A stretch of 63,060 nt of DNA, the filler included, from Octopus bimaculoides (lineage: Eukaryota): assembly GCF_001194135.2 (NCBI RefSeq). It is 4 parts of 4 records of this genome, joined end to end, with 100 filler letters (N's around TTAATTAATTAA, not from the genome) between each part and the next. Parts side by side here need not be neighbours in the genome. Positions count along the whole stretch, not along the records: positions 26,489 to 53,066 come from NC_068996.1; 3 more parts are not named here. One strand, 5' to 3'. Below are positions 42,412 to 53,066 of the stretch, one piece after another. The translations under genes and the position numbers were made by a program. The notes below the pieces were generated by a model. It saw only the letters and a program-made list of their open reading frames with translations. It did no database searches and was not told where the DNA came from. Every line of letters begins with the position of its first letter. Position 1 is the stretch's first letter.

Positions 42412-43082
42412 GTGAGATCTGGAATTTAAGAAAATTGGTTCCCGTTTTTTTCCTTCCCCTCTGCCAATCCCCTTTCTTAGACCACCATTAAGCTTGTCTC
42501 TTTCTTTCCTTTATCTCTTTTAGCCAATTCTTAGTGCTCACTCCTTAAAGTTCATTACTTACTCTCCTCCTCACACCATCTTTCTCTCCTCTTTCTTTTC
42601 TCCAACTTCTCTCCTCTTTCTCTTTCTCCCCTCTTTCTTTTCTCTTTCTATCTTCCTCCTCCTGACTGTTTCATTCTGCAATTTTCCTTTAGTTCATGGT
42701 TCCTGCTTGCCTCACCTCACCTCACCTTCTCTGGCTCTACATTTAATTCACTTGACCAAACCCTTACCACCTATTCCACCCCTCCCTCCCCATTCCAACT
42801 GACCTAATACCTGTTTCAATCTTCTTTTTAGCATTCCTTTTCAATTTACTTCCTCTCCCACACTACTTCACTGTCCATTTCCCCTCCCCACAGCCACCAC
42901 TTTACACTACTCCTTCACCTTTCCTCGTTTACTTTTCTGCTACCCAAGGTATTAATTAACCTCTATATTCAAGTCAGATATTTTCATCCCTCATGGCAAA
43001 TCAACTCACTTAAACATGTTTTTTTTTTAGAAATGATACATTTCTAAATCTCTCAGAGAGACTTAAGCAGCAGTGATACGAT

Positions 43083-43400
43083 AAAGTAGTTGTATGCTGT
43101 CAACTTAAGGTGACAGTCCCAAGAAGGGAATATACTAGGAAGTTGCACCGCTTCCTGTCAGCCTTGACACATTTCCTGTGCCCTTATCCTTGCGAGGGGG
43201 AGACAAACTCCTCCACCCAGCCTAGCCAGCATTCAGGGACATGTTTCTGAGTTTTTGCTCGTCATCAGCCTGGAATAGCATGGGACACAGGAAATGTGTC
43301 AAAGCCAACAGGAAGCGGTGTAGCTTCCTAGGGCTAAATAACAGTAGTATGATTCCTTTCTTGGGACTGTCACGTTAAGTTGACAGCATACAACTACTTT
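43083..43400 (-). mobile_element. Inverted-repeat element enclosing a hammerhead motif
   Basis: 43083-43125 and 43358-43400 match 42/43; the arms extend inward to about 43183 and 43282. Confidence 0.85.
43231..43276 (-). ncRNA. Minimal type I hammerhead motif with GUC site
   Basis: AUUCCAGG-CUGAUGA-C-GAG(CAAAAA)CUC-A-GAAA-CAUGUC^CCUGAAU. Stem I has 7 bp with one bulge and stem III is the palindrome ACAUGU. The 10.1/11.1 position is C-A. Confidence 0.7.
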
Positions 43401-43770
43401 GTTTTTTTTTTACTATACAGTTGTTCTTATTGTTTAGCATTATGTCAACCATAATTGCTTCAAATTTTGGCACAAAACCAGCAAATTTAAGGGGATGGCT
43501 GGTTAGCCAATTACATTGACCCCAGTACATGACTGGTGCCTTGCAATGATGAGAGGTGAAGCTGACCTCAAAATACAAAACAGCCAGAAGACGTTATACT
43601 AAGCATTGAGCAGACATTTGTTTAAATGTTTTGCATTTGGGGACTGTCTTGTTTCTTTCTTTTTTCTAGGTAAGGTGTGATTTGAGGGAGTTTCAACTGC
43701 TGTTTCTAGCTGGTCAGATCACCAGGTAGAAGTAGAATTTATGCTGATTGGTTTGAAATGTTTCAGTAGC

Positions 43771-43865
43771 CTTAAACATCTCTTTGGCTCCAATTTGTTG
43801 TCTTTTTAATGTGACTTCATCAATTTTCCCAAAGAAGGCAAAGTAAAGCAAGCAAGAACCATGAA
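43771..43865 (-). CDS. Candidate exon xHGSCLLYFAFFGKIDEVTLKRQQIGAKEMFK (3' boundary uncertain)
   Basis: Acceptor aaattttgtttag. The phase-1 entry is compatible with the exon at 50393-50505. There is no strong GT donor, and the plus strand also has an open splice-flanked frame. Confidence 0.3.
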
Positions 43866-44675
43866 CTAAACAAAATTTAGGCACCAGATTTTCTCTGAGA
43901 ATTGTAGGCTAAGGTCTTATTCCAGCAATAGACATTTCTATCATAAGTATTATGCAATGACAGAAGAGTTAAGCTGCCTGAAACCATCCTAGGTCCTATG
44001 ATACACACTTCCTGTTTTAAAGCAATCGAAATTAAGAACCTTCTAGCAAAACTTCATGTTAATTTGTTCCAAACACAGACTAATGATGCCGATAATAAGT
44101 TATTTTACCGAATTCTTCATTATTTTCAAAACCAACTGAAACAGAACCAATGTATTTCAACAGAAATATGGTAACAAAAGAGTTAGGCTGTTATTATGTT
44201 CTTATTGTTGTGCATGGGCATAGTTCGATATGATCCGGCAAGTTGTGGGGCTGCATCAAGCTCCTATGTCGACTTTGGCACAGTCTTTATGACTGGATGC
44301 CCTTCCTAATAGCAATAAATAGTGTGTGTGTAAGTGTGTCTGTATGTATAGGCATGTGCATGTATGTGTGTGTGTGTGTGAGTGAGTGTTCGTTCCCCCA
44401 CCACTTGACAGTTGGTGTTAGTTTCTTTACATCCTGATAGCTTAGCAGTACAGCAAAATAGACTGATACAATAAATACCAGACATCACAATAAATAAATA
44501 AGTACTGGAGTATTTGTTTTCTCTCCCGCTAAACTCTTTAAGGCAATTCCCCCAGCATGGCTGCTGTCCAATGACTGATGCAAGTAAAAGATAAATGATT
44601 AAGAGATAGTCATTCTACCTTGTCAAGATTGCACTCTGATCTCCACTTTCTGAAAGGTGTTATCTGCACATGTGT

Positions 44676-44723
<48 letters not shown>

Positions 44724-45065
44724 TCACTTATCTCTCTTCCCACAATATCATCAACAAAAATTCCCACCTACTCTGGTTCAAAGTCCCTCTCTCTTACACA
44801 GACACACACACTTTCTGCTATTTCAAATATATCTACTTCCTTTAGCACTTTCTGGACTCCTATCTCCACCAACTCTTTGTCTATATCTTAATGCCAATAT
44901 ATTCTTGCACCGAGGAGATGTATATGTATATATATATTATTTCATTCTTGCTTAACTCTTTTGATATCAACCTAACTGAGAGAGCTTTTTGTTCTTTGGC
45001 ACAAATTTCCTGTTTTTAAAATGATGTCAACTAAAACATTGAAGAAAACCACCTGTACAATGGCT

Positions 45066-45415
45066 TTAACCCTTTTGTTACCATATTTCTATTGAAATAA
45101 ACTACATTTCTTTCAATTAATTTTGAATATAATGAAGAATTTAGTGAAATAACTTTGTCTTTATTAAACTAACATTTGGAACGTAAATAAACATGAAATT
45201 TTGATGGAAGACTTTAACCCTATTGTTACTGTTTCTGTTGAGATCCACTGCTCTTTGTTTTAAATAATTTTGGAAATAATGAATTTAGTAAAAAAAAATA
45301 AATGTCATAGTTAAGCTGGTATTTGAAACCTAAATTAACACAAAATTTTGATGCAAGGTTTTAATTTAAATTATTTCTTAAACATGAATTTTGTCCCATA
45401 GAACCGGAGGGTTAA
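45066..45415. mobile_element. piggyBac-type MITE family P2, tandem or nested
   Basis: TTAA-CCCTTTTGTTAC start, a second TTAACCCT at about 45213, and a GAGGG-TTAA end. Confidence 0.7.
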
Positions 45416-45974
45416 AAGAGGAAGTTGGTGTTATAAAACCAGAGTGGTCTCCAGCAGGTTAGCATCCCAAAGAGTTAAGCAAAAACAACGCAGGATAATG
45501 CAGTCTTTCCTAGATTCTCCTAAAATGATGGGATGGTCAAGGCTGGAATGCTTTTGATCATAGGTCTGCTCAATTAGGGTTGACCCAGGTTCAAACAACA
45601 CCCATATCATGTAAATGATTTTTTTTTTTTTCTTTTCTTGTTGATGTGATAAAATGGTAATAATTAAAACCTCACTCTTGAATGTCATAGTCTGGCATTT
45701 AAAACAAAAATAAACAAATGACAAAAAAAAAAAAAGAAACACATCACAACCTGTTTTTTTTTTTTTACTCCAAGAGACCAGACTGGAATTAAAGGGAGAT
45801 CCTGTATTCCCGCATAATCAAATCGAAGGATTCTAGTGACAGCTCTCTTAACAACTGATAACACTATGTACTTAGGTAGGGGGATTACCCTTTTCCTATG
45901 TTTTCATTATATTTTCATAGTTTATCTTTTTATTTTATTTCATTTCATTTCATATATACTCTTTTATTCTTTTA

Positions 45975-46680
45975 CTTGTTTCAGTCATTTGACTGTGGCT
46001 ATGCTGGAGCACCACATTGAGTGAGGGTTTAATTGAACAAATCAACCCAAGGACTTTTGTTTTTTAAGCCTTTTACTTATTCCATCAGGATCTTTTGTTG
46101 CACCACTAAGTTACAGGGACGTTAACACACCAACACTGGTTGTCAAGCAGTGATGGGTGGGGTAGATGAGCACAAACACAAAGACGCATGCACATAGATA
46201 TATACATATACACTTGCCCAAGGTGCCATGCAGTGGGACTGAACTCAGAACCATGTGGTTGGGAAGCAAGTTTCTTACCACACAGCCACACATGCATTAT
46301 ATATTCTCTTATTCATTTCAGTCATTTGACTGTGGCCATGCTGGAGCACCACCTTTAGTCAAACACTTGAACCCCAGGATTTATTCTTTATAAGCCTAGT
46401 ACTTATTCTATCGGTCTGTTTTGCCGAACTGCTAAGTTACAGGGACATAAACACACCAGCATTGGTTGTCAAGTGATATTGGTGGGGGGACACACACACA
46501 CACATATATATAATTATATATGATGGGCTTCTTTCATTTTCCATCTACCAAATCCACTGACAATGGTTTAGTTGGCCCACGGTTACTGGCAGGGGACACT
46601 TGCCCAAGATGCCACACAGTGGAACTGAACCCAAAACTTGTGGTTGAGAAGCAAACTTCTTACCACGTGGCCAATCTGTG
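45975..46680 (-). mobile_element. Two tandem SINE family A copies
   Basis: Each has the tail TTTCAGTCATTTGACTGTGGC...GCTGGAGCAC and the head CTTGCCCAAG...ACTGAAC...ACCACA. Confidence 0.85.
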
Positions 46681-47272
46681 CCTCTAGTTTTGTTCTCTTT
46701 TGCTGCACATATAGATCCTTCTGTTACCTGACTCATGTCAAGCGTTCTCTGAAATTTACTTTGCACTTGAAGTGTAAGTAACTTAAAGCTAAAGAGAGAG
46801 AGAGAGAGAGATGCAATGCATTACGTTAATGCAGAAGAACCTTCAGGCGAAATTTGCAAGATGCAGATAATACTTAGATATTTTTGTGTGCAGCGTCATA
46901 TAATACATAATCTACTATTTCTAGGAAAAATTTGATGTGGCTAGACTACAATCTGTAACATTTACCCTGGAGAAAATAATGTGCATACACCTTATTATTC
47001 TCTTTGCACATATGGAAACAAAGAGTTAACCTTGACATGTCACATTGCTGGTTGGCCATTTCTTCAGAAGTGAAGAAATTGGCAGAGACCTTTTGTTGGC
47101 AAAGGATCAGATGATACCTTTTTTTTTTTATTTTTTTTTTTTATTGTTAGCAGGTCATGATGGTATGATGCACTCTTCAGATGCTTAGTGATGGTCATGT
47201 AGGAGTTGTGGTACTAAGTAAAAAGCATCTGCTTTGTAGTAGTGGGTGGTTATTTTTTTTTCTCAATAGGTG

Positions 47273-47680
47273 TAGGAGTGGCTGTGTGGTAAGTAGCTTG
47301 CTTCCCAACCACATGGTTCCAGGTTCAGTCCCACTGCATAGCACCTTGGGCAAGTGTCTTCTACTATAGCCTCGGGCTGACCAAAGCCTTGTGAGTGGAT
47401 TTTGTAGACGGAAACTGAAAGAAGCCCGTCGTATATATGTATGTATATATGTGTGTGTGTGTGTTTGTGTGTCTGTGTTTGTCCCCACAACATCGCTTGA
47501 CAACCGATGCTGGTGTGTTCACGTCCCCGTTACTTAGCGGTTCGGCAAAAGAGACCGATAGGATAAGTACTAGGCTTACATAGAATAAGTCCTGGGGTCG
47601 ATTTGCTCGACTAAAGGTGGTGCTCCAGCATGGCCGCAGTCAAATGACTGAAACAAGTAAAAGAGAGAGTAAAGAGTAAG
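47273..47680 (+). mobile_element. Full-length SINE family A (tRNA head, CORE-like domain, internal (TG)n, 3' tail)
   Basis: A box TGGCTGTGTGG, B box GGTTCAGTCCC, ACCTTGGGCAAGTGTCTT (similar to the MIR CORE GACCTTGGGCAAGTCACTT) and tail AAGTAAAAGAG. Probably related to the octopus OR/OK SINEs as recalled. Confidence 0.92.
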
Positions 47681-48063
47681 CTCTAAAAATGTATCCTTTG
47701 TTCTTTCACTGAATTCATGCTGTGCAGTTGTGAGTGAGAGAGACATGGAGCTGTATGGGGGATGTGGATGCCCATGGCTAAGAGGGTGGGTAAAGGGTGA
47801 TGCCAGCAGGGATAGCATATATTTGGTAGAGTATCAACCAGTGAGTTAACAAGCATCCCTCACCTTTTCTAAGAGGATGAGCACTCCTTACTCTTTGGCC
47901 TATTTAAAGAAATTCACCCTTAACATATTCAGTAGCACCCTAGAGAGATATATTTGCATAAGTGTTTTTTTTTTTAATCTTTTTATCCTTATTCTTGTTT
48001 CAGTAATTGAATGTGGCCATGCTGGGGCACTGCCTTGAAATTGACACCAGTACTGAATTTTTT

Positions 48064-48305
48064 TTAACCCTTCGACATTTAAACTGACTATATATATCCA
48101 GCCAAAATGTTGTATATAAATGTTTATAATCTTCAGATCAACCAGATCTGGCCTCTCATACACACCCGACAATGCCATTTTAAAAATCAAAAAAAAATCA
48201 CGTAACCGAAATTTCAAAGCAATGAGATAGTGCATGATAAATTCAAAGCAATTCAAATAAATAAGCATTATATTTGACAGAGTAATCTGAATGCTAAAGG
48301 GTCAA
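48064..48305 (-). mobile_element. piggyBac-type MITE family P1
   Basis: TTAA-CCCTTCGACATT...AATGCTAAAGGG-TCAA. Confidence 0.8.
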
Positions 48306-48804
48306 AGCCTGGTACATATCCGGGATCTATTCCATTTCAATCACAGATTCTTAATTATTTATTTTTTAACTGAACAGTTTGAAACTTCGTATACTGGTGT
48401 AATTTCTCACGCTGGACACAGTTTACTTTCAACATTTTTGACAAAATTTTGTATTTTAGAAGTTATTTCGTTTTAAAGTTGTCGTATTTAGGTAATTTTA
48501 ACCAATCAACAACATATATTCAGTAACATGTAAGTTACTGCTGTTTGCGAAAGTAGTCGAAGACTAACAACTTCCGGGTTATCTCTACTAAATGTCACTA
48601 CTCTGTTCTATTTTATTTTTGTTTACTGCCTGTGTTGCATATTACACCCTTTTGTTGTTTTGTTTTGTTTTGTTTTTGTTTTTTTGTTTCTTTTGCTTTT
48701 TGATCAGTTAGGAATGTAATTGAAATATTTGGTGGTTTTAACTCCAATGGATGCCAGGAATATTCAACTGGTATTCCAGCAGTTCGCTATTTAACTTTAG
48801 TTCT

Positions 48805-49115
48805 AGGAGTGGCTGTGTGGTAAATAGCTTGCTTACCAACCACGTGGTTCCAGGTTCAGTCCAACTGCATAGCACCTTGGGCAAACTGTCTTCTACTATA
48901 GCCTTGGGCCAACCAAAGTCTTGTGAGTGGATTTAGTAGACGGAAACTGAAAGAAGCCCATCGTATATATAGATATATATGCGTGTGTGTGTGTGTTAGT
49001 CCCCCCCACCACTGATTGACAATTGATGTTGGTATGTTTATGTCTCCGTAACTTAGCAGTTCGGCAAAAGTGACCGATAGAATAAGTACTAGGCTTACAA
49101 AGAATAAGTCCTTTA
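48805..49115 (+). mobile_element. SINE family A copy
   Basis: Collinear with 47273-47600. Confidence 0.88.
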
Positions 49116-49147
49116 TATATATAGATATCCTATATATNNNNNNNNNN

Positions 49148-49194
<47 letters not shown>

Positions 49195-49203
49195 CCACAG
49201 AGA

Positions 49204-49810
49204 ATCTTTGTGGTTTTCGTCACTGTTTACAATTTTGTCCCAATTGTTTTCAAATTTGGTGTATGCATTAAATTTTCTATACTAATTATGAAAATGAAAT
49301 CCATTTTCCCCTATAAATCCATAATTAAAAAGTTATTAGCCTTTAAAATTTGTAAAATTTGGGTATTTTAGCCAATCAGAAGTGAGTATTTTACATATCA
49401 CTGTGGTGAAAACTTCTGCTTCCATAGTAACCAAAGCAAAGAACCACCACATGTTGCATAGCTTATTGTGAAGAACTGTTTCCACAGTAACCAAAGATGC
49501 TGCGCATGTGCACAAGGAGGAGAAGAAGATACAAGAACGATAATTTATCTTATAAAATCCTAGTTTAATGTTTTGACATGCCAATGTCCCTCCCTGCTCC
49601 GATGATGGAAAAGGCAGAGAACATGCTGTTTTCTGATTGGCTGAAAATTCTGAAAATGATCAAACTTTGAACACCTGTAACATTTTTGCAAAACTTTTCT
49701 AGAATAAACAAATAACAAATTCAGATTCAGTGCCGGAAATTACATCTCTATGATACATTGGAAATTTTTTTTAAAAGATAATTGTAAACAGTGACGCAAA
49801 CCACAAAGAT
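49204..49810. mobile_element. Fold-back MITE of about 610 bp
   Basis: TIRs 49204-49234 and 49780-49810 match 30/31. An internal inverted pair AGCCAATCAGAA/TTCTGATTGGCT is present, and the flanks are AC-repeat-like. Confidence 0.85.
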
Positions 49811-49812
49811 CA

Positions 49813-49858
<46 letters not shown>

Positions 49859-49987
49859 TTTGTATATGGGTGTGTTTGTGTGTTTATGTCCCCATAACTT
49901 AGCAGGTTAGCAACAGAAACTGATAGATTAAGTACCAGGGTCAAGAGAAAAAAAAGTAAACACCAGTATGGTCACAATGTGATGACT

Positions 49988-50128
49988 GAAGGGCATCCAG
50001 TTGTAGAAACTCTGCCAGATCAGATTGGAACTTGGTGCAGCCTTCTGGTTCACCAGTCCTCAGTCAAACCGTCCAACCCATGCCAGCATGGAAAGCGGAC
50101 GTTAAATAACAATGATGATGATGATGAA
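49988..50128 (+). mobile_element. SINE family C 3' part
   Basis: GAAGGGCATCCAGTTGTAGAAACTCTGCC...ATGATGATG. Confidence 0.85.
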
Positions 50129-50392
50129 TAAAAGATAGAATATTAATTGAAATAAACACAGAGTATTTCAGCAGAAATATGGTAACAGAAAGTATTGATA
50201 TCAAATACCACCTGACCAACCCAAGGATGGAACTAATGATGATTCATTCCACTCCCTTATTATTTTTCTCTTTTTTTTTTTTTTCACTACACTAATCAGT
50301 CAGGCATGAAGTGGAAAAGTGGTATCTGATTTTCAAGTGGTTTTACAAAGAGAGGGAGAGAGAGAGAGAAGGAAACTTTTAGAACCCTTGAC

Positions 50393-50505
50393 CTTTGAAT
50401 AAGTAATTTGGCACCATAACAAAATCAGCAGACATGATTTCTCCTTCATTAAAGATATCTTCAAATGTCTCACTCCTACTTTGTATTGCTTCCTCACACC
50501 TTAAA
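50393..50505 (-). CDS. Candidate internal exon LRCEEAIQSRSETFEDIFNEGEIMSADFVMVPNYLFK of an unidentified gene
   Basis: Long polypyrimidine tract and AG acceptor (an alternative in-phase AG gives 50393-50499). Only one frame is open, the composition is protein-like, and the donor is AAG|gtcaag. Confidence 0.55.
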
Positions 50506-50820
50506 CTTGGTATTTAAAAAAAAAGGAAAAAGAAGAAAAAGTCACCTTTTTATCTTAGAATTTGTTTCTCCTTAAACACAAGGCACCCAGTGTCTTTTAT
50601 CTTTTATCATCTGCATGTTTGAGTCATTAGACTGCAGCCATTCTGGGGCGCACACCCATGAAGGGTGTAGTTGATCAAACATGCCAGTACTCATTTTTCT
50701 TTACTCTGATACTTATTTTATCAGTCTCTCTCTCTCTTTTGCCTGCTAATTTATGGGGATGTAAACAAACCAACAGCAGTTGTAAAACTGTGGTGGGGTA
50801 TACACACACTCACATATATA

Positions 50821-50972
50821 TATGAGGGGGTGCTGAAAAGTTCCTGGCTTTAAGGGTATCATGAAAGGCCTGTTTGGAGACTCAACCTTCCGAGGTTTTT
50901 TACAGGGCTTAGATAAACTGAAGGACCGCCTGCAATTAGTGTGTGAATCTAAGAGAATATGTTGAATAAAAT
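50821..50972 (+). mobile_element. Mariner-derived MITE (same family as 19867)
   Basis: TA-TGAGGGGGTGCTGAAAAGTTCC followed directly by the transposase C-terminal remnant; truncated by a gap. Confidence 0.85.
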
Positions 50973-51119
50973 NNNNNNNNNNATATACACATATATATAT
51001 ATACCTACAGGCTTCTTTCAGTTTTTGTCTAACAGTCATGAGGTACCTACCTACCTACCTATATATATATGTATGCATATACATACACGAGATTTGGAAG
51101 AACTAAAAGCTTCCAATTT

Positions 51120-51476
51120 CTTTTTAGTCGAGCAAATCGACCCCAGGACTTATTCTTTGTTAAGTCTAGTACTTATTCTATCGGTCTCTCTTTTCGCGGA
51201 AACTGCTAAGTTACGGGGACGTAAACACACCAGCATCGGTTGTCAAGCGATGTTGGGGGACAAACACAGACACACATACACAGACATACATATATATATA
51301 TATGTATATACATATATACGACAGGCTTCTTTCAGTTTCCGTCTACCAAATCCACTCACAAGGCTTTGGTCGGCCCGAGGCTATAGTAGAAGACACGTGC
51401 CCAAAGTGCCACGCAGTGGGAATGAACCCGGAATCATGTGGTTGGTAAGCAAGCTAGTCACCACACAGCCACTCCC
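51120..51476 (-). mobile_element. Young full-length SINE family A
   Basis: Close to consensus, with CpGs retained. Confidence 0.9.
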
Positions 51477-51999
51477 ATGTATGTGTATATATATATATAT
51501 ATATATAGCTCTGAACTGACCAAAGTCTTTTCAATGAATTTGGTAGACAGAAACTGGAAAAAGCCAATTACATATGTCTTTGTATGTGCATGTGTGTGTG
51601 TGTGTGCGTGTGTGTGTGTTTCTATCTCCTTGTCTTGCAGTCATGCAATAGTCATAAAATATGTATTACTGTCACAGAAGCAGCATCCTTATTTTCTAAA
51701 CATGGAAGAGAGGATGTTAAAACGATGATGATGGTTACAGTATAGTAACAACTGTATACAGTGCAAGGAATAAAAAAAAATAAAACTACAAAATTTACCT
51801 TTTTTTTCTTTTTTTTTTTGCATTTGTTAAGTGATGTAAAAAAAAAATGGATGGAAGGGTGGGTGCTTTCATCTCACTTCAGGCATAAAACTTTGTGTCG
51901 TTTGTTGTCCATCGTGTCTTTTATTTTGTTATTTATATTTATTAGTCATTCAGTTTCCAGTTTCCTTTATATCTCCTCTCTTAAAGAGATATGACATGG

Positions 52000-52660
52000 A
52001 AAAACTAAATGTTATACAGTAATAGTACACATGGGAAGTAATATGGTACCACTGGATATGGTATCGCTAGATGTGACAGCATACCAATGAGACGGAGTGT
52101 TGTGGTCTTGGTCATTCATGTGCCATAGAAATCAAGTAACCTAGCTTCAGTAATCTCTAGGGATTTTATGGTGATGATGATATTAAGGTATTGTTAGATG
52201 AGTGACAATATAGCTGGATGTGACTTGCAGTGTTATTGCTAGCAGTTTTATATCACGATAAGCAGTATTGTTAGATATAGTGGTTTCAAATTTTGCCACA
52301 AGGGCAACAGTTTTGGGGGAGGAGATGAGTCGATTACATCGACCCCAGTATTTAACTGGTACTTATTTTATCAACCCTGAAAAGACAAAAGATAAAGTCG
52401 ACCTTGGCGGAATTTGAACTCAGAATGTACCAATGGGTGAAATGCCGCTAAGCATTTCGTCCAGCACACTAACGATTCTGCCAAGCTCGCCACCTTGTAC
52501 TGTTAGATATAATGTAGTACTGCTAATGATGTTATGGTATTGCTATATTTCTATGTGACATAGAACCACTAGGTATGTTATGGTATTGCTAGATGTGGTA
52601 CTTCTAGAAATGATACCCTACTACCTGACATGATGCCGTATTGCTTGGCATGACCACCAC
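52000..52660. repeat. Degenerate GGTATTGCTAGATGTG-like minisatellite interrupted by a family B SINE (52280-52496, minus strand)
   Basis: Recurrent units; GTATTGTTAGATATA and GTACTGTTAGATATA flank the SINE. Confidence 0.75.
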
Positions 52661-52740
52661 TATTAAAAAAACTGGCATACTATCAGTTATGCCGACGAAG
52701 ATTCCAGCTGATTTGACCAACAGAACAGCTTACTCAAGAA

Positions 52741-53066
52741 GGCGGCGAGCTGGCAGAAACGTTAGCATGCCTGGCGAACTGCTTAGCGGTATTTCGCCTG
52801 TCGCTACGTTCTGAGTTCAAATTCTGTCGAGGTCGACTTTGCCTTTCATCCTTTCGGGGTCGATAAATTAAGTACCAGTTATGCACTGAGGTCGATGTAA
52901 TCGACTTAATCCCTTTGTCTGTCCTTGTTTGTCCCCTCTATGTTTAGCCCCTTGTGGGCAATAAAGAAATAAGAAACGTTAGCACACCGGGCAAAATGCT
53001 TAGTGGTATTTTGTCTGTCTTTACGTTCTGAGTTCAAATTCTGTCGAGGTCGACTTTGCCTTTCAT
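52741..53066 (+). mobile_element. SINE family B, full copy plus an adjoining second partial copy
   Basis: A box TGGCAGAAACG, B box GAGTTCAAATTC, domain GTCGACTTTGCCTTTCATCCTTTCGGGGTCGATAAATTAAGTACCAG and tail AATAAAGAAATA. Confidence 0.92.

Noticed and set aside
47273-47345. tRNA-like A and B boxes (also at 15048, 38841, 52741)
   Set aside because: They continue into SINE bodies and do not fold as complete cloverleafs, so they are not tRNA genes.
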